NCBI GenBank assembly: GCA_025361285.1
Contig: JANYAP010000017.1
Span: forward strand, 1-62,181
Reading direction: 5' to 3'
Length of the DNA: 62,181 nucleotides
Origin: Bacteroidales bacterium
GTDB lineage: Bacteria > Bacteroidota > Bacteroidia > Bacteroidales > JAAUTT01
The translations under genes were made by a program, and so were the position numbers. Within the stretch, counting starts at the first letter, position 1, and each line of letters opens with the position of its first letter. A model generated the notes under the pieces. It ran no database searches and was not told the DNA's origin. It saw only the letters and a list, made by a program, of their open reading frames with translations. Of this stretch, positions 47,051 through 56,638 are shown piece by piece.

Positions 47051-49212
47051 ATTTTATCTTTCTTTATAACCATAAAACGACCTGTGTATGAATCTATTGT
47101 GGTATTTATTTTTATAAAATGCATTCCCGATGCATAATTAGGTAATATTAACTTTAATCCATCATTAATGGGTTCAACAATAATTGGTATTTCTTGACCT
47201 AATAAATTAAAGCATTTTGGCTGATCGATTAAATCGCCCTCAAATATTACCGATGTTTCACCAATGCAGGGGTTAGGGAAAATTTTTAAACGGCCGTTGT
47301 ATTTGGGAAGTTCACTTACCGAGGTGTCTACGCCTATACCATTACTACTAATCAACGCAATTGCTAATGAGGTGTTTAACGAGTAGTCGGCTAATTCGCT
47401 AGCATTGTTCCAAGTGCCATTGTAAATGTACAAAGTCGATTTCCCTCCAACGCCTCGTGTTTCGGCATTAAAAACTGCAAATGTGTCGGACGACGCATAA
47501 TTAACTTGATAACCAACATAAAATTGCCCCGAAAGGTTAAGAACCGAATCGAAATCGATGTAATTAATAGCATTCTTTTGCAAATTTTTAATATAGTATT
47601 TTAAACTATATATTTCCGAGGAAGGATAACCATTGCCTTTCCATACCTGAAAAGTTATGTTGGAACCCATTAGGCCATAAGCCTTGGCAACATTAACGGC
47701 AATTCCCGAAACTTTTACCTCAACGGGTGCAAAAAATTTTTCGGCAAATAAACTATAATGGCTAGAATTTTGCCCTGAAAGATAACCCCATGATAATGTA
47801 CCAGTTGACAGTTCAGTACTTTCCGTTTTTAAAATATTCCACGATGTATCGGTAGTTGCTTCGATATAGCCATAAGGATCATAGCCATTTAGTGAATTTA
47901 CTCCCGTGTTTTTTGGGTCGAGCCACGATTTTAGCTGGTTAGCAGGTGCGGAGTATTTATTCCACGATAATGAAAACTTTGCATAGTCATCGCCCGAAAT
48001 TTCGCAAGTTACATCAGGTCCGCCAGTTAAAGTACCAACAATTTGGCGCGAGGCATTAAAAATTGCAGAACCCGACGATCCTCCTTCAGTTGTTCCTGTT
48101 TCCCAATCGTTAATTCTCCAATGCGAGTTGTCGTCGTATCCAAACCCAGCGCTACTAGTTGTTAACGCATGTTGCTCAATTGATATTTTTTTTGCATCGC
48201 CCATTGGGTGATGTATGCATACTGCGCTTTGTGGGGCATTCGCCGATATGTTCCAACCTGCAAGGTACGGACGATAATTTCGTGGCGGGAAAACGTTTAA
48301 CTTAAGCAACGAAAAATCGAGACGATTATTTGTTGTAGCTATTAGTGTTGATCCTGAAAGGGTTTTCTTAACTTTTGCTTCGGTGGAACCACAAAAATAC
48401 TTTTCATATACAAAATCGAATATTGCACTAGTTGCCGACGAAACGGTTCCCATATTAGTGTGGTGAGCAGTAAGTAAATATGGCAGTTTTGTTGTATCGA
48501 CGCTGTTTATCAAAGTGCCAGTAAAATAGTATTTGTTAGCTATGATTCTGCAAACAGCACGTGCTTCGTTTTTCCAGGCATTACCATCAGCACAGTTAAT
48601 ATCAACTTCGCAAGCGTTTGAGGTATTTGGTCCACTTTTTAATTTTGTGTTACTCGATATATCCCGATATGCATGATACACTTCAGTAAGGTCGAATTGC
48701 CCAAAATTGTTTACTTCCAACGGAACATTTAGTTCCAGAATTAGGACATCGCCCTGTATTGGAGCTATCGCAAATACGTTGCTTTCGCTATTATTTATCG
48801 ATGTAAATGCGCCTGCGAAATCGCTTCCGTCGGGGTTATAAACAAATAGATTTACGCCAGCATTTAACTTAAAGTGCTCGAGTACAGTATATAACGAATT
48901 TGCATTAGCCGATCGTATGCCTAAACGCCAAACCTTGCCACCAGAGGTTTTTGCCCATACGCCAGAGTTGTACGGGTTAAATGCAACCGATATCATCTCC
49001 GCAAACCTATTGCTTTTTATTCCTTTAATAATCAAATCTTTATCCTCGCTAATTAATTTAGAATGGTCGAAACTTGGCAATTCGTTAAACTCGCTTATGG
49101 GAGCTAATTTATATGTAACACTATATGGTACTGCAACTTGGCTAAGCTGAGAAAAGCTAGATAACGGATGTAAAAACATCAAAACCAAACCTACCTTAAC
49201 TACTTTTGTCAT
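47047..49212 (-). CDS. secreted trypsin-fold (S1, lysyl-endopeptidase-like) serine protease with T9SS C-terminal sorting domain
   Basis: Catalytic triad contexts: LLTAHHT (His), DFSLLKL (Asp), TTEGGSSGSAIF (Ser). C-terminus LKIFPNPCIGETSVIFEG...GMHFIKINT...GRFMVIKK is a type-A T9SS CTD. ATG 49212 is preferred over TTG 49248. Confidence 0.75.
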   Translation of the reverse strand: MTKVVKVGLVLMFLHPLSSFSQLSQVAVPYSVTYKLAPISEFNELPSFDHSKLISEDKDLIIKGIKSNRFAEMISVAFNPYNSGVWAKTSGGKVWRLGIRSANANSLYTVLEHFKLNAGVNLFVYNPDGSDFAGAFTSINNSESNVFAIAPIQGDVLILELNVPLEVNNFGQFDLTEVYHAYRDISSNTKLKSGPNTSNACEVDINCADGNAWKNEARAVCRIIANKYYFTGTLINSVDTTKLPYLLTAHHTNMGTVSSATSAIFDFVYEKYFCGSTEAKVKKTLSGSTLIATTNNRLDFSLLKLNVFPPRNYRPYLAGWNISANAPQSAVCIHHPMGDAKKISIEQHALTTSSAGFGYDDNSHWRINDWETGTTEGGSSGSAIFNASRQIVGTLTGGPDVTCEISGDDYAKFSLSWNKYSAPANQLKSWLDPKNTGVNSLNGYDPYGYIEATTDTSWNILKTESTELSTGTLSWGYLSGQNSSHYSLFAEKFFAPVEVKVSGIAVNVAKAYGLMGSNITFQVWKGNGYPSSEIYSLKYYIKNLQKNAINYIDFDSVLNLSGQFYVGYQVNYASSDTFAVFNAETRGVGGKSTLYIYNGTWNNASELADYSLNTSLAIALISSNGIGVDTSVSELPKYNGRLKIFPNPCIGETSVIFEGDLIDQPKCFNLLGQEIPIIVEPINDGLKLILPNYASGMHFIKINTTIDSYTGRFMVIKKDKI

Positions 49213-49283
49213 AAAGCCTTCGAATTTAGAAAACAAAGATAGAATCAATGGAAAGAAATAAGAGTTAAGTTACTAAAAATAAA

Positions 49284-50354
49284 CTAAGGTTGAAAGCAAA
49301 AATATCCAGGAATAATATCGGTTTTAAACGAATCGATAGGTATTCCATTTGCTCGAAAACGGTATATCCAGCCTGATTGAACATAGTCTAAGGCATCGGA
49401 AATATATAAGTTGGATGTAACCGGATCGACGCCCAAACCATAAAAAAGTTTATTGCCCTGCGGAATAAGGTATATATCTGGTAATTGATCGTCTAATACC
49501 GACATTTTATATACTCCATTGCTTCCTTCGCCAGTATTTGTCCATCCTCCAGTAAGAAAAAATATTGTATCCTTGGTTCCATTAATGCACAAGTGCGATG
49601 GCGATATTCGGTTATTTGGAAACTTATACTCTTTTTCAATTGAAAAGTTTGTAGCATTAATAAGTGTAAGCGACGGAATAGGCTTATTATTGGCCCATCC
49701 ACAATCGGAGGCCACCCATAACTTATTATATTTATCAACTGCCAACGAATTTGGTTGATAGCTTACTATTAGTGAATCGATTAAGCTATCGGTTTCGCTA
49801 TTAATGCGTTGTATGGTATTTCCGAGCGACCAGTTAGCCACAAACACATATTTGTTCCATTTAACCATTTGTTCGGTAGGTTTGCCAACCTTAATAAAAC
49901 CAATTACGCTGTAAGTTTGTGGGTTTATTATGGTAATTGATGTACTATACATATTACTTACATAAGCCTTTGTATTACTAATTGTTAGCATGTATCGCGG
50001 AGAATCTATCCCTCTAATTGTGGCTATATGCTTAAATGTTTTTGTGTTTATTACCATTATTTTACTCGAATTGGTTACCAATATAAATCCAATCGAATCG
50101 ATAATTGTCATTGATTGTGCCTGATCGCCCAATGGGAAACCATTTGTTTTGGTAAATACATCATCATTAATAAGTAAACTATTTGGTTCGTAATATGATA
50201 ACGAGGCATTGCTATTACCGTAATTCCCTTCGTTTACAATAAATAATCCTTGCCCCACCTTATTATAATCAACTACATCTACATTGTACTTTTCGCACGA
50301 TATGCTTAAAGTTATAACTATAATAATTACAGGTATATATCTGCTAATTCTCAT
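49284..50354 (-). CDS. YncE/DUF5074-like beta-propeller surface lipoprotein (BtuG-like candidate)
   Basis: Lipobox LSISC-EK. GLFIVNEGNYGNSNASLSYY is the motif I associate with DUF5074 propellers of Bacteroidota B12 loci. Repeated blade-like segments are present. Confidence 0.6.
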   Translation of the reverse strand: MRISRYIPVIIIVITLSISCEKYNVDVVDYNKVGQGLFIVNEGNYGNSNASLSYYEPNSLLINDDVFTKTNGFPLGDQAQSMTIIDSIGFILVTNSSKIMVINTKTFKHIATIRGIDSPRYMLTISNTKAYVSNMYSTSITIINPQTYSVIGFIKVGKPTEQMVKWNKYVFVANWSLGNTIQRINSETDSLIDSLIVSYQPNSLAVDKYNKLWVASDCGWANNKPIPSLTLINATNFSIEKEYKFPNNRISPSHLCINGTKDTIFFLTGGWTNTGEGSNGVYKMSVLDDQLPDIYLIPQGNKLFYGLGVDPVTSNLYISDALDYVQSGWIYRFRANGIPIDSFKTDIIPGYFCFQP

Positions 50355-52333
50355 TATTTGCTAAAATTTAACCTTACAAGTAATCCATAATTTCGACCAG
50401 GCATTGCGCGACCGAAAAAAGGCTGATATTGAATATCGAAAATATTGTTTATACGTAGCTGCACATCGAAATTGAAATTATTTACTGCAATATTTTTGCC
50501 TATTTCAACGTCATTAAGTAAATATCTTGGTTTTAAGCTATTTACGTTATTATCCGATGAAGCGTATCTGTTGCCAGTATAATTGATGGAATAGTTACAA
50601 TAGTATTTTTTATGCTCAATATTAATTAATAAGTTATATACATGAAAAGGCGTGTATATCAGTTGTTTACCATACGAGTTGTCCTTTGAATTATTTATCG
50701 AAGACGTATCCTTATTACTGGCGCGTGTATATGAATAGTTTGCCTTGGCATGATAACTCCAACGCGCAATATTACCCGATAGCCCAATGTAGTACTCAAA
50801 TCCTCGCGAAAAAACTGTTTTAATATTCTCGGCTGTCCATGTATTAATTTTTTCGCTTGGCTTCCAAACAATCCAATTATCAATTATTGATGCAAAAAAC
50901 GAGAGCTTGGTATCGATTTTTAAAAAGCTGTAATTGTGGTTGAATTGAACATTAAAATCGGCCGAATAGCCTTTCTCGGGCTTAAGTAATGGGTTACCAC
51001 TAGGGTAATACAAATCGTTAAGCGATGGCAAATGGTAGTTTCGTGCAACATTTGTTCTAAAAACCAGTCGTTTGGCTTTTAGCGCATTATACTCAACAGT
51101 AAAGGAAGGCATTACAGGAATTAAAATGCTATCGGATATCACTTGTTTCGCTATTAAAAAGCAATTCCATCTATTGCTAATTTGTAAACTTAAACGTGCG
51201 AAACCCGACCATTCCGTGCGATTTGCGCAATATGAAACGGAAGTGTCTTCAATCATTTTAATAGTATTGATGTTACTTATAGAACTATAATTGAAATCGA
51301 TACCTGTTTGAAACCCAATGTTTTCAGCAATATTAACTAGATAATTAACCTTCCCAAAATATTGCGCGGTTTTGTTTAATGAGCTATCGCGAACATAGGC
51401 TTTTTTATTACCGTCCTCATAACCCGAAAAATAAAGCATATTTGTAGAAGTGCCACCACCAGTAATAAGTATACTCCCGGTTTTTGTAATACGTTTGTAA
51501 TCTACAACTATGTTAACGGAATTATCGTTTTGATACTCTTTTGACTCTGCTTGAATACTTTCGTTGGTGGTTAGTGTAGGCAAATTTCGGTTTGTAATTG
51601 TGCACCAAACTTTAGCGCTAAATAAATTATTGTATCCAATTCGGGAATAAAACTCCTGCATTAGCCCATATTTTTGGAAATCGGCATTTTTTTGCTTCAT
51701 ATACTCGAACGAACCACTTTCCATGTTTTTAAATTCAAAATCGTTAATAGACGATTCGCGAAACAAGCGGGTTTTCGATTGAAACCGACTATTGCCAAAG
51801 GCTATGAATGCATAAGTTTGATTATTAGAAAAGCTTCCCAAACCTTGTACCAACGATACTTTTAGCTTATTATTCCAATCGGGTTTATTTTCGATATTTA
51901 TAAGACCCCCCAAAGCTCCACCACTTTTAACTAGGGAACTACTGCCATAATAAAGCGAAATATCGTCGGCAAAAAAAACTGGCAGAATCGATAAGTCGGC
52001 AACTCCCAGCATGGGCGAGTTTACGTTAATGCCATTCCAAAGCACCTGAGTATGCGATGCTGCAGTTCCGCGAAAGGAGGCCGTTGCCAATAAACCTTGG
52101 CCGTACGATCGAATAAAAATAAGCGAATGCTTGGCCAAAATATCCGAAACGCTCGATGTTAAACGTTCGGCAAGTATTAAACTGTCAATAACAGTTTTGT
52201 TAACGCCTCGTTCGGTAATACGAACACTAGCAACAACATCCACAGTGCTTATGCTTATGGTATCTTTAAGGGTTTGAGCAAAAAGTTCTAACACAAAAAT
52301 ACCCTGTAACACTATGGTAATGAGCAGGCGCAT
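50354..52333 (-). CDS. btuB: TonB-dependent outer-membrane receptor (BtuB-like)
   Basis: Plug domain DILAKHSLIFIRSYGQGLLATASFRGTAASHTQVLWNGINVNSP. 659 aa beta-barrel. It lies downstream of a cobalamin riboswitch, with 1-nt overlaps to both neighbours. Confidence 0.8.
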   Translation of the reverse strand: MRLLITIVLQGIFVLELFAQTLKDTISISTVDVVASVRITERGVNKTVIDSLILAERLTSSVSDILAKHSLIFIRSYGQGLLATASFRGTAASHTQVLWNGINVNSPMLGVADLSILPVFFADDISLYYGSSSLVKSGGALGGLINIENKPDWNNKLKVSLVQGLGSFSNNQTYAFIAFGNSRFQSKTRLFRESSINDFEFKNMESGSFEYMKQKNADFQKYGLMQEFYSRIGYNNLFSAKVWCTITNRNLPTLTTNESIQAESKEYQNDNSVNIVVDYKRITKTGSILITGGGTSTNMLYFSGYEDGNKKAYVRDSSLNKTAQYFGKVNYLVNIAENIGFQTGIDFNYSSISNINTIKMIEDTSVSYCANRTEWSGFARLSLQISNRWNCFLIAKQVISDSILIPVMPSFTVEYNALKAKRLVFRTNVARNYHLPSLNDLYYPSGNPLLKPEKGYSADFNVQFNHNYSFLKIDTKLSFFASIIDNWIVWKPSEKINTWTAENIKTVFSRGFEYYIGLSGNIARWSYHAKANYSYTRASNKDTSSINNSKDNSYGKQLIYTPFHVYNLLINIEHKKYYCNYSINYTGNRYASSDNNVNSLKPRYLLNDVEIGKNIAVNNFNFDVQLRINNIFDIQYQPFFGRAMPGRNYGLLVRLNFSK

Positions 52334-53400
52334 TAATCAATAATAATTAATTTACTTTTTATAGAAAGTCCCTTGCTTTTAATCCTCAATAAGTAAATGC
52401 CGTTTTGTATTTTCGAGGACATTCGAAATTTGGCAACTCCTTCAATTACATCTATTTGCCGATAATCGACATATTTCCCTAATAAATCAAACATCGAAAC
52501 CGAAACAATACCATCGTATGCTTCTGGCAATGAAATTGAAATTTCCGAACCTCGATTAGTTGGATTTGGGAAAACCTGCATTTCATTTGTAAATAAGTTA
52601 TTATCAATCGATAAGCCCTTATCCTTAATATTAATTGCTCCAACGGCTTGTAAATCAAACCCGCCGCTCCAAAATGGAGTAGGATAAGGATCATTAATTG
52701 CATTACCTTTCGAGTCGTAAGCCGCGTGCGATGGGGCTATACTTCCAACAACATCAACCACTCGAATATACGTAATATTGTTTATGTCAATCCCTGCGCT
52801 GTCCTTTAATTCGTTTAAATCGAAAGGCGATCCATAATCGGAGGTGTATTTCCCTGCGAGGTTGTATATTTTAGTAGGGTCGGTAGGCTCAAATGTTCCA
52901 AGCTGCGTGGTGTTTTGGGTTAACGAAACCGACGGAAAGCGCACAAAACTCGAACCATCGGAGCTAACCTCAACAAAAGCTAGTTCGCTAAAGTAAAGAT
53001 GTGCGTTTGCGCCGTTTTGCATAGCGTTTTCGAATACAACAAAATCGGCACCATCGCCATTAAAAATAAGCTTATCGAAAGAAACCGTTGCGCTACCACC
53101 ATCGCCAAGCGAAAGAACATCGGTTGATCCTTTAGGTTCGCCAATTACCGACGCTTCTTCTCCATAAAACACTCTATTCGAAGTTATTAAGCCTTGAGTG
53201 TAAGTAATGGAAGTATCGGCAATATCAATAAACCCTCGCTTAGCCTTACAACCAGTAGCCCAAGCTTTTATGAGCGAATCGGTTTTGTAAATGGCATCGG
53301 AGCCGTCTTGACCGCCCGCTGGCGAATATTGCGTATATGCAGGAAAATGCATTCCTAAAGTAATAATAATTAATGCGATATATAATTTTGTTAATGGCAT
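52333..53400 (-). CDS. secreted protein of unknown function with T9SS C-terminal sorting domain
   Basis: Signal peptide. C-terminus MQVFPNPTNRGSEISISLPE...GIYLLRIKSKGLSIKSKLII is a type-A CTD. Confidence 0.65.
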   Translation of the reverse strand: MPLTKLYIALIIITLGMHFPAYTQYSPAGGQDGSDAIYKTDSLIKAWATGCKAKRGFIDIADTSITYTQGLITSNRVFYGEEASVIGEPKGSTDVLSLGDGGSATVSFDKLIFNGDGADFVVFENAMQNGANAHLYFSELAFVEVSSDGSSFVRFPSVSLTQNTTQLGTFEPTDPTKIYNLAGKYTSDYGSPFDLNELKDSAGIDINNITYIRVVDVVGSIAPSHAAYDSKGNAINDPYPTPFWSGGFDLQAVGAINIKDKGLSIDNNLFTNEMQVFPNPTNRGSEISISLPEAYDGIVSVSMFDLLGKYVDYRQIDVIEGVAKFRMSSKIQNGIYLLRIKSKGLSIKSKLIIID

Positions 53401-53480
53401 AATTGTGAGAGTAAAAGGGTTTTTAGTTAATAAGGGTTTCAGGTTTTTAAAACCCGAAACCTTTTGTTTTAACAGTCAAC

Positions 53481-54218
53481 TCAATTAAGATTATATTGCA
53501 TTTTTCCTGCAATATCGTCGAGGCAGAAATTAGCAGGGGTGTTCATCCCCCATTTTGGGTCATTATCAGACGACGATATACTGAATGACATTTTCTTAAT
53601 CCAGCCAAACTGTTTCAGGTCGATTGTATTCCACATATTTGTAATAAAATCTTTCGAATTATCGTCCGATCGGAAGTCGGCTAACATTATGTTAGCTATT
53701 TTATATTTAGAACCATTAATGGTAATGGTAAGTTTAAGTGAATCCTTATCGTTCCCTGTTGTTCCTCCAAATTTTTTAGCAAAGTCATCGCCATTCTTCA
53801 TCGATAGATATGCATAGGTGTTTAGTGCCAATTTCAAGCTAACATCTTTGATACTATCAGAAAACTCTAATTCAGGATGTCCATTGCCTACTACAAATTT
53901 ATTTCCACCGTCATTATTTTGAGCGAAAACACTATATTGATTACCGTAACCAGCGGTAATAATATCATGCATATTTGAATACGCAAAACCACTCCAAGAA
54001 CCATATTCGGAGTTGTAACTATTCCCAAACGTAGCAATTCCAGAGGTAAACTTACCCGACTTATCAGCACCGTTCCAAAAAGTATCGGCTTTAAGGCTAA
54101 GTTCTTCGAAATTAATAAGTACCGACATTTCGGTATCTTTTGTTTCATCTTTTTTACACGACGACATAAACAACACTCCAACCACGCAAATAGCAGTTAA
54201 ATAATGAAAATTTTTCAT
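53481..54218 (-). CDS. DUF4465-like surface lipoprotein
   Basis: Lipobox FMSSC-KK. FWNG...GSWSGFAYSNMHD...YGNQYSVFA matches my recollection of DUF4465. It is the first gene after the riboswitch. Confidence 0.6.
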   Translation of the reverse strand: MKNFHYLTAICVVGVLFMSSCKKDETKDTEMSVLINFEELSLKADTFWNGADKSGKFTSGIATFGNSYNSEYGSWSGFAYSNMHDIITAGYGNQYSVFAQNNDGGNKFVVGNGHPELEFSDSIKDVSLKLALNTYAYLSMKNGDDFAKKFGGTTGNDKDSLKLTITINGSKYKIANIMLADFRSDDNSKDFITNMWNTIDLKQFGWIKKMSFSISSSDNDPKWGMNTPANFCLDDIAGKMQYNLN

Positions 54219-54339
54219 AAATACTTTAACATTAAATAATTAATACTGAAAACAATTAATTTTTTAATGTGATTTTTGGGAAGAAAAGATACGCTGTTAC
54301 AGAGGATCGATCCCTTTGCTTTTTTTCCCGAAAGCACAT

Positions 54340-54530
54340 TGGTACAAATAGTTTTAAATTTTGGCAGGTCTTCTGACTTGTTCCACCTAACTAGCCTTCC
54401 CAGTAGTTTTTCAACCAACAGTGGCATGTGTTGTTAGGCTTTGGAACCAGCTTGCACTGGAACCGGAACTTACAGCAGCGGGTACTGTACAGGATTCTCA
54501 CCTGTTTCCCTTTTCATCCGAGGCGTATAA
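54340..54530 (-). promoter_or_regulatory. cobalamin (adenosylcobalamin-type) riboswitch
   Basis: The minus-strand RNA reads ...GAAAAGGGAAACAGGUGAGAAUCCUGUACAGUACCCGCUGCUGUAAG...GCCACUG...GGGAAGG...CAAGUCAGAAGACCUGCC. The B12 box is the complement of 54363-54378. It sits about 120-300 nt upstream of ATG 54218. Confidence 0.9.
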
Positions 54531-54693
54531 GAAATACACCCCGAAGCCGAAATTCGATGCAAAAGTAATTGTAATTTTCGGAATAACAACAGTTAATTTT
54601 TACTGGCTATAATTAAACATTAATCTATAGGCAACACTTTGTGTATCGTGCAATTTGTGATTACATTCGCAACAATAATTTCAAAATTCAATC

Positions 54694-55740
54694 ATGCTAA
54701 ACATCAACGAAATTGCTATCGACAATATAATTGTGCACCATATTGGCTCGAAATCTGAGGAAGCTGGCGTGTTACTATCCAAATCGCCCTTAGCGCTCGA
54801 CGATGAGCCAACTCGCGAATTATTAATGAATTACCTACTTTCGCCCTTCAAAGCGGGAGAATACTATCATCTTTCGCACGAATCGGATATTAGGCAAAAT
54901 AAAGTTTTTGATTTAGCATGTACCATTTTCGATAACCCCGAAAGCTTTATAGAACAATCGGTAAGCCTTGCAAATCATTTGTACGAGCATTCGGTGCACC
55001 CAAAAATAAAAATAGGCGAATTCTATGTTGTTTATTTCAGTAACTGTGTAATTGAGGGTGAAGTAGTTGAGGCTTTAGGCTTGTTTAAAAGCGAATCGAA
55101 AGAAACGTTTCTGAAAGTGGCTAATAATGGCGAAGGCTACGAAGTTAGCTACGATGCTGGCATAAATGTAAATAAGCTCGATAAAGGATGTATGATTTTT
55201 AATTTCGAACGCGAAAAGGGCTTTTTGCTTTCGATTGTAGATACAATTAACAAAAGCGCCGAAGCTCAATACTGGCGCGATAATTTTCTTACAATAAAAC
55301 CTCGAAAGGACGAATATCACCAAACAAAGAGCTATTTGGACATGTGTAAAACGTTTGTTTTAGAGCAAGTTCCAAAGGAATTCGATGTTTCGAAAGCCGA
55401 TCAGGCCGATTTCTTAAACAAATCGGCAACGTATTTCAAAAAAAACGACGAATTTGAGTTCAACGAGTTTACTAATCAGGTAATTAAGCAACCAGAGGTG
55501 TTGGAGTCGTTTAAAGTTTATAAAAATCAATATCAGGCCGAAAACGATGTGGAAATGAGCGACGAATTTACTATTTCGGAACCTGCCGTAAAAAAACAAA
55601 GCAAAGTTTTTAAAAGCGTTATAAAGCTCGATAAGAATTTTCACATTTATGTTCACGGAAACAGCGAGAATATTGTAAAGGGTTTCGACGAGAAAACTGG
55701 CATGCACTATTACCAACTGTTTTTTAAGCAGGAGGATTAG
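54694..55740 (+). CDS. nucleoid-associated protein (NdpA/YejK, 37-kDa family)
   Basis: IIVHHIGSKSEEAGVLLS...HPKIKIGEFYVVYF...GLFKSESKETFLKV...NKLDKGCMIFN...KSVIKLDKNFHIYVHG is the pattern typical of Bacteroidota NdpA-like proteins. Confidence 0.75.
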   Translation: MLNINEIAIDNIIVHHIGSKSEEAGVLLSKSPLALDDEPTRELLMNYLLSPFKAGEYYHLSHESDIRQNKVFDLACTIFDNPESFIEQSVSLANHLYEHSVHPKIKIGEFYVVYFSNCVIEGEVVEALGLFKSESKETFLKVANNGEGYEVSYDAGINVNKLDKGCMIFNFEREKGFLLSIVDTINKSAEAQYWRDNFLTIKPRKDEYHQTKSYLDMCKTFVLEQVPKEFDVSKADQADFLNKSATYFKKNDEFEFNEFTNQVIKQPEVLESFKVYKNQYQAENDVEMSDEFTISEPAVKKQSKVFKSVIKLDKNFHIYVHGNSENIVKGFDEKTGMHYYQLFFKQED

Positions 55741-55787
55741 GCGGATAATATGATATTTAGACGTTCACACCTTTATTTTCTGCAACT

Positions 55788-55864
55788 GGCGAAACCTTTC
55801 CATTTAGTATTCGATAATACATTGCAACAAGCTTATAATCTGTTATTTTATAAAAGGTTTCGCC
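55788..55864. terminator. 12-bp inverted repeat between convergent genes (bidirectional terminator candidate)
   Basis: GGCGAAACCTTT (55788-55799) pairs with AAAGGTTTCGCC (55853-55864). The loop is long (53 nt). Confidence 0.3.
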
Positions 55865-55875
55865 TGTAACTCCGT

Positions 55876-56499
55876 TTACTTTATGGACAAACCTAAATAC
55901 AAACTATAAATAATAGCTATAAATATTGGCACTAAAAGCGTAAGCACTATGCCATTAACCACCGATATAAAAAGGTACTCCTTGCCCGAGTATTTAATAA
56001 TTATAGGCAACGAGGTATCGCTTGTGGTTGCGCCCCCAGCTGCTATTGGTGCAATTTTGCCAAAATATTTTACAAGAAGTGGCGCAGCAACCAACGTAAT
56101 TATTTCGCGAATTATGTTCGCCAACAGAGCAATGATTCCCATCGACTCGCCCGATATTTTGCTAATATAAATACTCGAAAAGCTGTAATACCCAAATCCG
56201 GCACCTATGGCGAATAAGTCGGCAGTATTGGGGAAAGCAAATAAAAACCGATATAAAAGCAGCCCAATGCCAGTGCCAATAATGGATGTGAGCGGAATAA
56301 GTAATACGCGAAGCCTCATTGTGCGAAACTGATTCCAAATATTCTTGTCGGCTCCCACGCTAATACCAACTAGCAGCATAAGCGCGTATAAAAGGTATGT
56401 GCTTATATCGTCTAGCGGAAAACTCCCCAGCTCTTTTACGTAAAAGCCAACAGCTATGCCAAATATAAATAGTGCAAGAATTATTAGGCTCGACTTCAT
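55876..56499 (-). CDS. LysO-family (DUF340) exporter, large subunit
   Basis: 207 aa with 6 TM helices, paired with an upstream 91-aa DUF340-type partner as in other Bacteroidota. Confidence 0.7.
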   Translation of the reverse strand: MKSSLIILALFIFGIAVGFYVKELGSFPLDDISTYLLYALMLLVGISVGADKNIWNQFRTMRLRVLLIPLTSIIGTGIGLLLYRFLFAFPNTADLFAIGAGFGYYSFSSIYISKISGESMGIIALLANIIREIITLVAAPLLVKYFGKIAPIAAGGATTSDTSLPIIIKYSGKEYLFISVVNGIVLTLLVPIFIAIIYSLYLGLSIK

Positions 56500-56500
56500 T

Positions 56501-56625
56501 GAGGTGGAGGGGTTGTAGAGAGGGTTGTAGAGGTTTTAGAAAGGTTATAGAGGTTGTAAAGGTTGTAAAGGTTGTAAAGGTTGTAAAAGGGTTATAGAAG
56601 GTATAGAAGGTTATAAAAAGTTTTA
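56501..56625. repeat. degenerate 9-11 bp tandem repeat filling the whole LysO intergenic spacer
   Basis: The plus strand reads GGTTGTAGAG AGGGTTGTAGAGG...AGGTTGTAAAGGTTGTAAAGGTTGTAAAGGTTGTAAAAGGGTTATAGAAGGTATAGAAGGTTATAAA. On the mRNA strand these are CCUUUACAA/CCUCUAUAA units. Confidence 0.85.
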
Positions 56626-56638
56626 AAGGATAAACTTA

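Noticed and set aside
54215-54612. Track ORFs 54215-54427 (minus, 70 aa) and 54421-54612 (plus, 63 aa)
   Set aside because: Both lie on the cobalamin riboswitch and its expression platform. The conserved riboswitch motifs explain the sequence, and the peptides have no protein-like features.
56501-56625. Tandem repeat tract as a possible CRISPR array
   Set aside because: The units are only 9-11 nt, degenerate and contiguous without unique spacers. No cas genes are in the window.
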